From NCBI GenBank assembly GCA_035466775.1, contig DATIUQ010000154.1:1092-65091 (forward strand): 64,000 bases of DNA. Direction: 5' to 3'. Source of the stretch: Arthrobacter sp. GTDB taxonomy: Bacteria; Actinomycetota; Actinomycetes; Actinomycetales; Micrococcaceae. Under the pieces are notes generated by a model. It saw only the letters and a program-made list of their open reading frames with translations. It did no database searches and had not been told where the DNA came from. Below, piece by piece: positions 46,536-57,835 of this stretch; the stretch's first letter is position 1; each line of letters starts with the position of its first letter. The translations under genes were made by a program, and so were the position numbers.

Positions 46536-46766
46536 ATGCCGAAGATCAGTCCCGAACTGTTGTCTGTCCTGCGATGCCCCGTGACCGGTTCCCCGCTGCT
46601 GCAGGAGGGCGAGGAACTCGTGACCACTGCGCCCGGCCCCTCCGGTGAGAAGCTGCGCTACGCGATCGAGGACGGCATCCCGCTGCTCCTGCCGCCGGAA
46701 CTCCTCCCCGCCGCCGCCGCCGCGCCCGCTTTCCAGCACGACGCCGGCCGGCCCGCCGCGGGCTAG
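46536..46766 (+). CDS. Trm112-like protein
   Basis: LLSVLRCPVTG..YAIEDGIPLLL; GGAG SD. Confidence 0.8.
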   Translation: MPKISPELLSVLRCPVTGSPLLQEGEELVTTAPGPSGEKLRYAIEDGIPLLLPPELLPAAAAAPAFQHDAGRPAAG

Positions 46767-46880
46767 GCAGCCGGCCCATCGCTGCGCCTTTCGGCACCGA
46801 AGTACTTCCCAGCCACCGATAAACACGTTCCCAGGCAGCCAGGTTCCGGACCGGCGCGCCGGCCCCAACGAAGGAAACAC

Positions 46881-48368
<1,488 letters not shown>

Positions 48369-48418
48369 GAGCCGCGCCGCGCGGCGGCCGCCGCCCGCGT
48401 ACCGCCCTTTCCTTCTTG

Positions 48419-48451
48419 ATGGAGCCCCGGACCGCGTGTCCGGGGCTCCAT
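48419..48451 (+). terminator. Intrinsic terminator after ahcY
   Basis: ATGGAGCCCCGGAC-CGCGT-GTCCGGGGCTCCAT followed by TTGTG. Confidence 0.7.
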
Positions 48452-48574
48452 TTGTGACCTGATCGTGGTGCAGGCGAGGCCTGCCCGCCGTGCAGCGTCG
48501 CTTATGCTGGCATAGGGAGAATCGTGAGCTCTGATGTGGGCTGGTACGCATAATGCAGTGGGGGAACACAGGAA

Positions 48575-49843
48575 GTGGCCATGACTGAAGACAGCGGGCG
48601 TCGACGCCGGCAGCCGGGACACCGTCCCCGCAACACCGGGAAAATGCTGGCCGTCCTTGCCATCTGCGCAGCTGTCGGGGCCGGCGGCATCGGCGTCGCC
48701 ACCTCTCCCGGCTGGGCCCATGCCGACATGCCCTCGGAAGCTTCGACGCCGATGCGGAACGTGTCCGGACTCGCCGCTCCCGTGGTGAAGCTCGTGGAGC
48801 TCGGCGTAACCCCCACCGACGGCGCCAAAGGCGTCAACCCGGCCGCCGCACCCTCGGTCAAGGCAGTCAACGGCGTCGTGAAAGACGTCGTGCTGGTACC
48901 CGCAGCCGGAGGCGACCCCGTTCCGGGGACCACGAGCGCGGACGGCTCGACCTGGACCGCCGAGGATCCGCTGGAATTCGACACGAAATACAAGTACGGC
49001 TTCACCATCGTGGACCAGGCCGGCCGCGAAACGAAAAAGGCACAGACCTTCGCCACCGTGGCCACGGCCAACGAGGCGGACGCCGCGGTCTACCCGCTCA
49101 ACGGCACCACAGTAGGCTCCGGCCAGCCCATCGAAATCGTCTTCAGCGAGCCCGTGCTGAACAAGGAGGCCATGGAAAAGGCCGTCACCGTCACGGCATC
49201 CTCCGGCCAGCCCGTGGCGTGGCGCTGGTACTCGGACCGCCGCGTCCGGATCAGGCCCGAGGCGTTCTGGGCCGCCAACAGCGAAATCACCGTGGACCTG
49301 AAGCTCTTCGGCGTCGATTTCGGCAACAAGATGATCGGCAACTCAGACACCAAGGTGGCCTTCAAGGTCGGACCGCAGCGGCTCGCCGTCGTTGACGACA
49401 TCACCAAGACCATGAAGGTCTACTTCGACGGCCAGCTGGTCAAGACCGCACCGGTCACACTGGGAGACGCCGATTGGCTCTCACCAACCGGTTTCGCCGT
49501 CATCATGGAGCAGGAACGCAGCTCCAAGTTCAACGCCGGCAGCATCGGGCTGAAGCCCGGCGACAAGGGCTACTACCCGCCCCTGACGGTGGAATACGCC
49601 AACCGCCTCACGAGCTCCGGTGTCTACGTCCACCAGGCCCTGGAATCCGCCTGGGGTGCGGTGGGCAGGTCCAACGTCTCGCACGGCTGCGTCGGGCTGC
49701 TCCCCGCGGACGCCGCCTGGTTCTTCAACAACATGAAGACCGGCGACGTCGTCCAGACCCTCAACACCGGAGCCCCGGCCGTGGAGCCGCTCGAAGGCTT
49801 CGGTGACTGGAACATCCCCTGGGCGCAGTACGCCAAGCGCTGA
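48575..49843 (+). CDS. L,D-transpeptidase with Ig-like domains
   Basis: Signal peptide, RPEAFW, catalytic GVYVH..SHGCV. Confidence 0.9.
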   Translation: MAMTEDSGRRRRQPGHRPRNTGKMLAVLAICAAVGAGGIGVATSPGWAHADMPSEASTPMRNVSGLAAPVVKLVELGVTPTDGAKGVNPAAAPSVKAVNGVVKDVVLVPAAGGDPVPGTTSADGSTWTAEDPLEFDTKYKYGFTIVDQAGRETKKAQTFATVATANEADAAVYPLNGTTVGSGQPIEIVFSEPVLNKEAMEKAVTVTASSGQPVAWRWYSDRRVRIRPEAFWAANSEITVDLKLFGVDFGNKMIGNSDTKVAFKVGPQRLAVVDDITKTMKVYFDGQLVKTAPVTLGDADWLSPTGFAVIMEQERSSKFNAGSIGLKPGDKGYYPPLTVEYANRLTSSGVYVHQALESAWGAVGRSNVSHGCVGLLPADAAWFFNNMKTGDVVQTLNTGAPAVEPLEGFGDWNIPWAQYAKR

Positions 49844-50001
49844 CCACTTGGGACGAAGCCCGAAAACCGGCCGTTGAATCCCCGTCCTCCACGGGGTGGC
49901 ACCTCGTCCCCGGCGAGGCTGTGGCGGTAGGCTCGGAAGCAGATATGTAGCGTTGCCGGGCCCCGGCCGGTGGCGCGGACGCCTACGGAAGCGAAGCAGC
50001 A

Positions 50002-51378
50002 GTGACTGACTCAAGTCCCACCCCTCCGAATCGACAAGATCCGCACCTGGATCCGGCCGATGACGCTGACGAACCCGCGTTCGAATGGATGAAGCCGAGC
50101 CCCGCGGACAAGCGCTCCGCCCCGGCGCCTGCCAGCGCAGCAGGAACGGATGCCGGCGCCGGAACCAGTGCTGGTGCCGGTCCGGACCCCGCGGCCGCGC
50201 CGGCCACCACGACGCCGGCCTGGCGCCAGGCCGGAAGCCGCGCCGACCGGAAGGCCGCGGAAGCCGCCGTCGAGCCGGCACCCAAGGGCAATGGTGCGCA
50301 CTTCAGTGAGCCGTTGCCCACCTCCGCGCTGCAGGTCCGCCCGCCGGAGGAGGAAGTTCAACGCCGGAATGCCGAACGTGAACACGCGGCGAACGCCAAA
50401 CCCGTGGCGCCGCGCGTGATGCAGGTCCTGCTCGCCGTGTGCTTCCCGGTCATCCTGCTGGTGCTGGCCGTCCGGGCCGTCGCCAGCCCCCTGTTCCTCT
50501 GGGTGGAATACAACCGTCCGGGTTTCCCGGGCGACGGCTACGGCTTCAGCAGTGACGACCGCATGACCTACGGCTCGTATGCCGTGGACTACCTCAGCAA
50601 CTGGTCGGGACCGCGCTACCTCGGCGAACTCGTCAACCGCAGCGGTGACAAACTGTTCGGGGACGGCGAAGTCAGCCACATGGCCGACGTCAAGCTCGTC
50701 ATCCTGTCCGCCTTCGGCGCCGGCGCCCTGCTGATCCTGCTGAGCCTGATCGCCGTGATCTACCTGCGCCGCCGCAGCCCCGGGGGCGTCCGGCGCGGCC
50801 TGTTCGCGGGGTCCATCGTCACCCTCGTTATCATCATCGGCCTCGGCGTGCTGGCCGCGCTTGGCTGGGAACAGTTCTTCGCCCAGTTCCACAGCGTCTT
50901 CTTCGCGAGCGGCACCTGGACATTCTCGCTGCAGGACACGCTCATCCGGCTCTTCCCGGGCCAGTTCTGGGTCGACGGCGGGATCGTTGTCGCCGGCCTG
51001 GTGCTGATCGCCTCCCTCGTCACGCTCATCCTCACCTGGCCGACGCGCAAGCGCCGCGGGCTGCCGAAAAAGGGTGCGGCGGAAGTGGATCCGGCCGGGG
51101 ACGAACCCGCCGAGGCCGAACCCGCCGGGGGCGATCCCTCTGACGCTGTGCCCGCCAAGCGGTCGCGCTTCCGGCGGGACAGGGCCGGCAAGTCCGGAGG
51201 ATCAACCGCCGGTGCAACGGCGGACGTGTCCGCCACCGACGAAACGGCTGCTGAAACTACCGCCCCGGAGGCTGCTCCGGTTCGCCCGGGCCCAACCTCC
51301 TCAGGGGGAGGGGCTGCGGGCGCCGGAGACTCCGGGACGCGCGACACCCCGATGCGGGGACATTCCAGCACCGTCTGA
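50002..51378 (+). CDS. TIGR01906/DUF1461-like membrane protein with low-complexity termini
   Basis: EVSHMADVK, FHSVFF..GTWTF and LIRLFP..FW motifs. Confidence 0.75.
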   Translation: MTDSSPTPPNRQDPHLDPADDADEPAFEWMKPSPADKRSAPAPASAAGTDAGAGTSAGAGPDPAAAPATTTPAWRQAGSRADRKAAEAAVEPAPKGNGAHFSEPLPTSALQVRPPEEEVQRRNAEREHAANAKPVAPRVMQVLLAVCFPVILLVLAVRAVASPLFLWVEYNRPGFPGDGYGFSSDDRMTYGSYAVDYLSNWSGPRYLGELVNRSGDKLFGDGEVSHMADVKLVILSAFGAGALLILLSLIAVIYLRRRSPGGVRRGLFAGSIVTLVIIIGLGVLAALGWEQFFAQFHSVFFASGTWTFSLQDTLIRLFPGQFWVDGGIVVAGLVLIASLVTLILTWPTRKRRGLPKKGAAEVDPAGDEPAEAEPAGGDPSDAVPAKRSRFRRDRAGKSGGSTAGATADVSATDETAAETTAPEAAPVRPGPTSSGGGAAGAGDSGTRDTPMRGHSSTV

Positions 51379-51403
51379 CACCGGACCCGGTCCGGCGGGC
51401 AGA

Positions 51404-51439
51404 AAGAAGCGGACGGCACCAAGGTGCCGTCCGCTTCTT
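51404..51439. terminator. Bidirectional terminator
   Basis: AAGAAGCGGACGGCAC-CAAG-GTGCCGTCCGCTTCTT between convergent genes. Confidence 0.8.
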
Positions 51440-51476
51440 CGTCTCCGTGTAGTCGTGCCCCTGTGGTGGAGGGGCG

Positions 51477-53306
51477 TCAGCCGTAGATGCGGTTGATCTG
51501 GGCCGCGAAGTCACGCACGACGGCGGCGCGCTTGAGTTTGAGGGAAGGCGTCAGGTGTCCTGATTCCTCGGTGAAGTCGGCATCCAGCACAACGAAGCTG
51601 CGGATGGACTCGGCCTGGGAGACCAGGGCGTTGGCCTCGTCCACGGCGCGCTGCAGGGCAACGCGGACCAGATCGCTGGATTTGGCCTCGGCGGGGCTCA
51701 TCACGGGCACCTTGTGCACGGCACACCAGTTTTCCAGTCCCTCCGGGTCCAGGTTGATCAGGGCGGACACGAAGGGCCTGCCGTCCCCGATCACCACGGC
51801 CTGCAGGACCAGTTCGTGTTCGCGGATCTTTTCCTCCAGCGGCCCGGGAGCGACGTTCTTGCCGCCGGCGGTGACCAGCAGGTCCTTCTTCCGCCCGGTG
51901 ATGGTCAGGAAACCGTCCTCGTCAAGGGACCCGAGGTCGCCGGTGCGGAAAAACCCGTCTTCGAACGCCTCCGCATTGGCGGCGGCGTTGTTGTGGTACC
52001 CCTTGAAGACGCCGATGCCCTTGACCAGGATCTCGCCGTCCTCGGCGACCCGGATGGTGGTTCCGGGCACCGGAATGCCGACAGTGCCCACCTTGGTCCG
52101 CGTCGGCGTGTTGGCCGTGCACGGTGCCGTGGTTTCGGTGAGGCCGTAGCCTTCGAGGACGGGGATGCCGGCACCGCGGAAGAAGTGCGCGTCGTGGGGG
52201 CTCAGCGGGCTGGCCCCGGAGACGGTGTAGTGGAGCTGGCCGCCGAAAGCCTGGCGCAGCTTGGGGTACAGCAGCCGGTCGAAGAGGGTGTGCTTGGCAC
52301 GGGTCACCAGGCCGGGGCCGGTGCCCTCGCCGCGCGCGGCGGCGTCGAGGGCCTTCGAATAGTCGATGGCGACGGCGGCGGCCGACTCGAACAGGCGTTC
52401 CTTCCCCGCGAGGGCCGCCTTGTGGGCGGCGCCGGCATAGACCTTCTCGAAGATCCGGGGCACGACCAGCAGGAAGGTGGGCTTGAAGGTGGCCAGGTCC
52501 TCCAGCAGTTCCTTGGCCGTGGCGGTGTGGCCCAGGGTTGTCCCGGCGCTCAGGCAGATCACCTGGACAGCGCGGGCCAGGACGTGGGCCAGCGGGAGGA
52601 ACATCAGGGTCCGGGTGCGGGGCTGCAGCAGGATCTCCGGCAGGAACAGCACGATGTTCCGCGCGACCAGGGCAAAATTCCCATGCGTGATTTCGCAGCC
52701 CTTGGGCCGGCCCGTGGTGCCGGACGTGTAGACAAGAGAGGCAACGTCCGCGAGCCGGGCCGCTGACCGGTGCCGTTCCAGCTCGGCGTCGCCGACTCCG
52801 GTGCCTGCCGCGGCCAGGCTCGCGAGGTTGGGCGCGTCGCCGTCGTAGTCCATCCGCACGACGGGCAGAATCGTGCCGCCCAGCAGGCCGGAGCTGTCCA
52901 CTACCCCTTGGACGAGGCCGGCCTTTGCCTCGTCTTGCGCGAAGATGCGCCGGGCTCCTGAGTCGTGCAGGATCCATTCGATCTGGCTGGCCGAGGATGT
53001 TTCATAGATCGGAACGGTGACGCCGCCGGCGAACCAGATGGCAAAGTCCACCACAGTCCATTCGTAACGGGTGGCCGACATGACCGCCACGGTTTCCCCG
53101 GGGGTGATGCCGCCGGCTATCAGGCCCTTGGCGAGTGCCCGGACCTGGTCCAGGAACTGCTGTGCGGTGACATCGGCCCAGCCGGCCGGTCCTTTGCGGG
53201 AGTAGAGGGCGTGCACCGGATCCTTGGCGTGCTGCTCCAGGAGCAGGTCCGTCACGTTGCTGCCCGGGTCGAGCTCGACGAGCAGTCCGGTGCTTGCTTC
53301 TCTCAC
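51477..53306 (-). CDS. Long-chain fatty acid-CoA ligase (AMP-dependent synthetase)
   Basis: YTSGTTGRPKG, EGYGLTE, FRTGDLG and GRKKDL; start GTG 53306. Confidence 0.92.
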   Translation of the reverse strand: MREASTGLLVELDPGSNVTDLLLEQHAKDPVHALYSRKGPAGWADVTAQQFLDQVRALAKGLIAGGITPGETVAVMSATRYEWTVVDFAIWFAGGVTVPIYETSSASQIEWILHDSGARRIFAQDEAKAGLVQGVVDSSGLLGGTILPVVRMDYDGDAPNLASLAAAGTGVGDAELERHRSAARLADVASLVYTSGTTGRPKGCEITHGNFALVARNIVLFLPEILLQPRTRTLMFLPLAHVLARAVQVICLSAGTTLGHTATAKELLEDLATFKPTFLLVVPRIFEKVYAGAAHKAALAGKERLFESAAAVAIDYSKALDAAARGEGTGPGLVTRAKHTLFDRLLYPKLRQAFGGQLHYTVSGASPLSPHDAHFFRGAGIPVLEGYGLTETTAPCTANTPTRTKVGTVGIPVPGTTIRVAEDGEILVKGIGVFKGYHNNAAANAEAFEDGFFRTGDLGSLDEDGFLTITGRKKDLLVTAGGKNVAPGPLEEKIREHELVLQAVVIGDGRPFVSALINLDPEGLENWCAVHKVPVMSPAEAKSSDLVRVALQRAVDEANALVSQAESIRSFVVLDADFTEESGHLTPSLKLKRAAVVRDFAAQINRIYG

Positions 53307-53361
53307 AGCGTCTCCATTCCGGGTCCGCCTCGTGCCGGCGGACGCCCCCTGCAATCCTGCC

Positions 53362-55074
53362 CTAGATCCAGGACGGCATCCACATTCGGAACCGCCAATC
53401 CTGGTAGGTGATGGTCTCGGCGGTCCACACCGGATAGAAGAACGCCGAGACGACCACGGCCGTGACCACAAAGAGCGCCACGAGGAAAAGCCCGGAACGC
53501 CGCCGCCACGGCGGGTCCGTGCGCTGCCCCAGGACGAGGCCCAGGCAGTAGACCAGGGCCAGCACCAGGAAGGGTTCGAAGGACACGGCGTAGAAGAAGA
53601 ACATGGTGCGTTCCGGGTAAAGGAACCAGGGCAGGTAACCGGCCGCCACGGCCGCCAGGACGGCACCCGCACGCCAGTCGCGGCGCCCGGCCCACCAGAA
53701 GAGCAGCACGCCCAGGCAGACGGCGGCGCCCCACCAGATCAACGGGTTGCCGACGGACAGGATCGCGGTCGTGCAGCTGGCCGTATCGCACCCCGGGCTG
53801 CCCTGCTTGGGGGACTCGTAGAAGAACGAAGTGGGCCGGCCAAGCACCAGCCAGCTCCAGGCGCTGGCCTCGTACGGGTGGTCCGAGCTGAGCCCCTGGT
53901 GGAACTTGTAGGCTTCCAGATGGTAGTGCGCGAGGGACCTGACGGCGTTCGGCAGCCAGCCCCATTCCGCCGAGGGGACCGTCTCGGCCCATTTCCGGAA
54001 ATACGCGTCCGTGGACCGGAACCAGCCGGTCCAGCTGGCGGCGTACACCAGGGCGGCCACCGGGACGATGCTGAGGAAGGCGGGAATGCCGTCCTTAAGG
54101 ATTCCGCCGCTGATCCAGCCATGGATTCCGGCGATCCGGCGCGCGCTCAGGTCCCAGAAGACGGTCAGCAGCCCGAAGCCGGCCAGGAAAAACAGCGCGG
54201 ACCATTTCGTGCCGACGGCCAGTCCCAGGCACACCCCGGCCGCGAGCCGCCACCAGCGGATGCCCAGCCACGGGCCGGACGCCAGCTGGAGCAGGCCGGG
54301 CCGTCCGTCCGGGGAGGCTGCGGCCTGCCGGCCCAGCCGTTCGGCAAGCCGGCGGCGGCCGTCGTCGCGGTCCATCAGCAGGGCGCCAAACGCGGCAAGT
54401 ACCCAGAACATCAGGAAGATATCCAGCAGGGAGGTCCGGGACATCACCAGATGGTGGCCGTCCACGGCCAGCAGCACCCCGGCCACCGCCCCCAAGGTCA
54501 GCGAGCGGAAGAGTTTCTGGGCGATCAGGGCGAGCAGGAAGATGGACAGTGTGCCCGTCAGGGCCGCCCCGAACCGCCAGCCAAAGGGATTGTCCGGGCC
54601 GAAGAGCCACATTCCGCCGGCGATCATCCATTTTCCGACCGGCGGGTGGACGACGTACTCGGGGCCAGCCAGCAGCACACCGGGATTCCCGGCGATGAAG
54701 GCATCGTTGGCCTTGTCCGGCCACGCCCGTTCATAGCCGCTGACCAGGAACGAGTAGCCGTCCTTGACGTAGTAGGTCTCGTCGAAGACCAGGTTGCGGG
54801 GAGAATCCAGCCGGACGAAGCGCAGGACTCCGCCGAGGGCCGCGGTGATGGCCGGTATGAGCCAGAACCACAGCCGGAGCGGGGGCGGGTAGTCCCGCCA
54901 GCTCCGGATGTTGCCGATCAGGCGGTCTTTCAGGGCCTCGGGGGTGAATGCTTCCGCCGGGCGGCCGACCCAGCGGTGCCCCTCCAGGTTGCGTCCGGGG
55001 CTGGTGGCTGGGGGCGCCGATCCGGTGGAACCGGCGTCGACAGGCCGGGTGGGGGTCTGCGTCACGATGCCCAT
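53362..55074 (-). CDS. pmt: Polyprenol-phosphate-mannose:protein O-mannosyltransferase
   Basis: FDETYY, VHPPVGKW, SRTSLLD, KWS and HPYEA.AWSW; start may be GTG 55065. Confidence 0.9.
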   Translation of the reverse strand: MGIVTQTPTRPVDAGSTGSAPPATSPGRNLEGHRWVGRPAEAFTPEALKDRLIGNIRSWRDYPPPLRLWFWLIPAITAALGGVLRFVRLDSPRNLVFDETYYVKDGYSFLVSGYERAWPDKANDAFIAGNPGVLLAGPEYVVHPPVGKWMIAGGMWLFGPDNPFGWRFGAALTGTLSIFLLALIAQKLFRSLTLGAVAGVLLAVDGHHLVMSRTSLLDIFLMFWVLAAFGALLMDRDDGRRRLAERLGRQAAASPDGRPGLLQLASGPWLGIRWWRLAAGVCLGLAVGTKWSALFFLAGFGLLTVFWDLSARRIAGIHGWISGGILKDGIPAFLSIVPVAALVYAASWTGWFRSTDAYFRKWAETVPSAEWGWLPNAVRSLAHYHLEAYKFHQGLSSDHPYEASAWSWLVLGRPTSFFYESPKQGSPGCDTASCTTAILSVGNPLIWWGAAVCLGVLLFWWAGRRDWRAGAVLAAVAAGYLPWFLYPERTMFFFYAVSFEPFLVLALVYCLGLVLGQRTDPPWRRRSGLFLVALFVVTAVVVSAFFYPVWTAETITYQDWRFRMWMPSWI

Positions 55075-55159
55075 GCTACCTTTCGCGGCTGTGGTCGTTG
55101 GCCCGGTTCCCCGCCCCGGGCCGTCAGCCCGCCCCGGGTGCCGGCAGTAGGCTGGTCAT

Positions 55160-56116
55160 GTGGACCCTCAACTCAGCACCTCCCCGAATCCTTCCGGCGA
55201 CGACCTGGGCCCGGCGGACGACGTCGGGGATGGTGCCGGTCCCGGCGAAAGCCCCGGGGCGGTGCCGGCGGCCCAGGGCGGCGGTCCCGGACGGATTGTG
55301 CTGGCGGCGACCCCGATCGGCAACGTCGGCGACGCCACCTACCGGTTGATTGAACTGCTGACGACGGCGGACATCGTCGCCGCCGAGGACACCCGGCGGC
55401 TGCACCGCCTGGTGCAGAACCTGGGCGTCACCGTGGCAGGCCGGATCATCAGCTACCACGAGCACAACGAGGCGGCCAAGACCGGCGAACTGCTGGACCA
55501 GGTGCGGGCCGGCAAGACCCTGGTGATGGTGACCGACGCCGGCATGCCGTCCGTGTCCGACCCGGGCTTCCGCCTGGTCGAAGGGGCGGTGGCCGCCGGG
55601 CTGACGGTCACCGCGGCCCCCGGACCGTCGGCGGTGCTCACCGCCCTCGCGCTCTCCGGCCTGCCGACCGACCGCTTCTGCTTCGAGGGGTTCCTGCCCC
55701 GCAAGGCCGGAGAAAGGTCCTCCCGGCTCGCGGATCTCGACGCCGAGCGCCGCACCATGGTCTTTTTCGAGGCGCCGCACCGCCTGGAACCGATGCTGCG
55801 TGCCCTGCGTGAACGGTTCGGCGCGGACCGGCGTGCCGCTGTCTGCCGGGAACTGACGAAGACCTACGAAGAGGTCATCCGCGGCACCGTGCGCGAACTG
55901 CTGGAGTGGGCCGAATCCAACGAGGTGCGCGGCGAGATCGCCGTCGTCGTGGGCGGCGCGCCGGAACGGGAGCCGGGCAAGCCGGAAGACCACGTGGCGG
56001 ATGTCAACGCGCTGATTGCACAGGGGATCCGGCTCAAGGAGGCCGTTGCTGCCGTGGCGGAGGACGCCAGGATCAGCAAACGGGAACTCTACGCCGCCGT
56101 GCTAGCAGCCCGGTAG
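55160..56116 (+). CDS. rsmI: 16S rRNA (cytidine1402-2'-O)-methyltransferase
   Basis: ATPIGNVGD, AAEDTR, DAGMPSVSDPG, FEGFLP and RELTK.YEE. Confidence 0.93.
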   Translation: MDPQLSTSPNPSGDDLGPADDVGDGAGPGESPGAVPAAQGGGPGRIVLAATPIGNVGDATYRLIELLTTADIVAAEDTRRLHRLVQNLGVTVAGRIISYHEHNEAAKTGELLDQVRAGKTLVMVTDAGMPSVSDPGFRLVEGAVAAGLTVTAAPGPSAVLTALALSGLPTDRFCFEGFLPRKAGERSSRLADLDAERRTMVFFEAPHRLEPMLRALRERFGADRRAAVCRELTKTYEEVIRGTVRELLEWAESNEVRGEIAVVVGGAPEREPGKPEDHVADVNALIAQGIRLKEAVAAVAEDARISKRELYAAVLAAR

Positions 56117-56142
56117 CCGGGCCGGCCCGCAGCCGGAACGGC

Positions 56143-56162
56143 CGCTGTGCAGCTGCACAGCG
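56143..56162. promoter_or_regulatory. Perfect 20-bp palindrome upstream of gabD
   Basis: CGCTGTGCAGCTGCACAGCG. Confidence 0.45.
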
Positions 56163-56308
56163 AACCACTCCCGACGTAGTGCGGGGATGCGTAGACAGCC
56201 CGGAGAATACGGCAGTACCGTGACAGTAAATCCAGCGCGTCTGAAGGGTCATTCGGACAGCGCTGAATCCCATCCCGTTCACCCCAACCGCTGACGAGGG
56301 AGTCAACC

Positions 56309-57808
56309 GTGACTGCAACTGCCCAGCCCATTGTTACCGCGGAGCGCGAGAGCGCCCTGCTGGCCTCTGTACCTACAGGTCTGCTCATCGACGGCCAGTG
56401 GCGTCCGGCCGCGTCCGGAAAGACCTTCGACGTGGAGGATCCCTCGACCGGCAAGGTCCTGCTCAGCCTCGCCGACGCCGGGCCGGAAGACGGGGCGGCG
56501 GCACTGGACGCCGCGGCCGCCGCGCAGGAGTCCTGGGCGAAGGTTCCCCCGCGTGAGCGCGGCGAGATCCTGCGCCGGGCCTTCGAGCTCGTCACTGAAC
56601 GCGCCGAGGACTTCGCGCTGCTGATGACGCTGGAGATGGGCAAGCCCCTGGCCGAGGCCCGCGGCGAGGTCGCCTACGGTGCGGAGTTCCTGCGCTGGTT
56701 CTCCGAGGAAGCCGTCCGCGCCTTCGGCCGGTACTCGGTGTCCCCGGACGGGAAGTCCCGGCTGCTGGTGACGAAGAAGCCGGTGGGCCCGTGCCTGCTC
56801 ATCACGCCGTGGAACTTCCCGCTGGCCATGGCCACCCGCAAGGTCGCCCCCGCGGTCGCCGCGGGCTGCACCATGGTGCTGAAGTCCGCGAACCTGACCC
56901 CGCTGACGTCCCAGCTGTTCGCCGCCGTCATGCTGGAAGCCGGGCTGCCCGCGGGCGTGCTCAACGTGATCCCGACCTCCACCGCCGGCGCGACCACGGG
57001 CCCGCTGATCAAGGACTCCCGGCTCCGCAAGCTCTCCTTCACCGGTTCCACCGAGGTCGGCCGCCGGCTGCTCTCGGACGCGTCCGAAACCGTGCTGCGG
57101 ACCTCGATGGAACTCGGCGGCAACGCCCCGTTTGTGGTCTTCGAGGACGCCGACGTCGACGCCGCCGTCGCGGGGGCGATGCTGGCGAAGCTGCGGAACA
57201 TGGGCGAGGCCTGCACCGCGGCGAACCGGTTCATCGTGCACGAGTCCGTCGCGGATGAGTTCGCGGAGAAGTTCGCCGCGAAGATGGCGGGCATGACCAC
57301 CGCCCGCGGCACCGAGGCCGAGTCCAAGGTCGGGCCGCTGATCGACGCCAAGAGCCGGGACAAGGTCCACGAGCTCGTCTCCGATGCCGTGTCCGCCGGA
57401 GCCGTGGCCGTGATCGGCGGCGCCGCGGTCGAGGGCCCGGGCTACTTCTACCAGCCCACGATCCTCAAGGGCGTCACCGAGGGCACCAGGATCCTGTCCG
57501 AGGAGATCTTCGGACCCGTCGCGCCGATCATCACCTTCGATTCCGAGGACGAGGCCATCCGGCTGGCGAACAACACCGAGTACGGCCTGGTGGCCTACGT
57601 TTTCACGCGGGACCTGAACCGCGGCATCCGGATGGGCGAACGCCTCGAGACCGGCATGCTGGGCCTGAACGCCGGCGTGGTCTCCAACGCGGCGGCACCG
57701 TTCGGCGGGGTCAAGCAGTCCGGCCTGGGCCGCGAAGGCGGCCTCGAGGGCATCGAGGAATACCTCTACACCCAGTACATCGGCATCGCCGACCCCTACG
57801 CCGGCTAG
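56309..57808 (+). CDS. gabD: NAD(P)-dependent succinate-semialdehyde dehydrogenase family protein
   Basis: ITPWNFP, FTGST, MELGGNAP, GEACTA, EEIFGP and PFGGVKQSGLGREG; substrate inferred. Confidence 0.85.
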   Translation: MTATAQPIVTAERESALLASVPTGLLIDGQWRPAASGKTFDVEDPSTGKVLLSLADAGPEDGAAALDAAAAAQESWAKVPPRERGEILRRAFELVTERAEDFALLMTLEMGKPLAEARGEVAYGAEFLRWFSEEAVRAFGRYSVSPDGKSRLLVTKKPVGPCLLITPWNFPLAMATRKVAPAVAAGCTMVLKSANLTPLTSQLFAAVMLEAGLPAGVLNVIPTSTAGATTGPLIKDSRLRKLSFTGSTEVGRRLLSDASETVLRTSMELGGNAPFVVFEDADVDAAVAGAMLAKLRNMGEACTAANRFIVHESVADEFAEKFAAKMAGMTTARGTEAESKVGPLIDAKSRDKVHELVSDAVSAGAVAVIGGAAVEGPGYFYQPTILKGVTEGTRILSEEIFGPVAPIITFDSEDEAIRLANNTEYGLVAYVFTRDLNRGIRMGERLETGMLGLNAGVVSNAAAPFGGVKQSGLGREGGLEGIEEYLYTQYIGIADPYAG

Positions 57809-57835
57809 GAACTGTCCCGGCTGCCGGAAAGCCTT

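Noticed and set aside
46767-46880. SAH riboswitch upstream of ahcY
   Set aside because: Only fragments (CGCTGC, CCAGG, CAACG) are present; I could not find the GAGGAGCG/CGCUC pairing. An Infernal search with the Rfam SAH model would settle it
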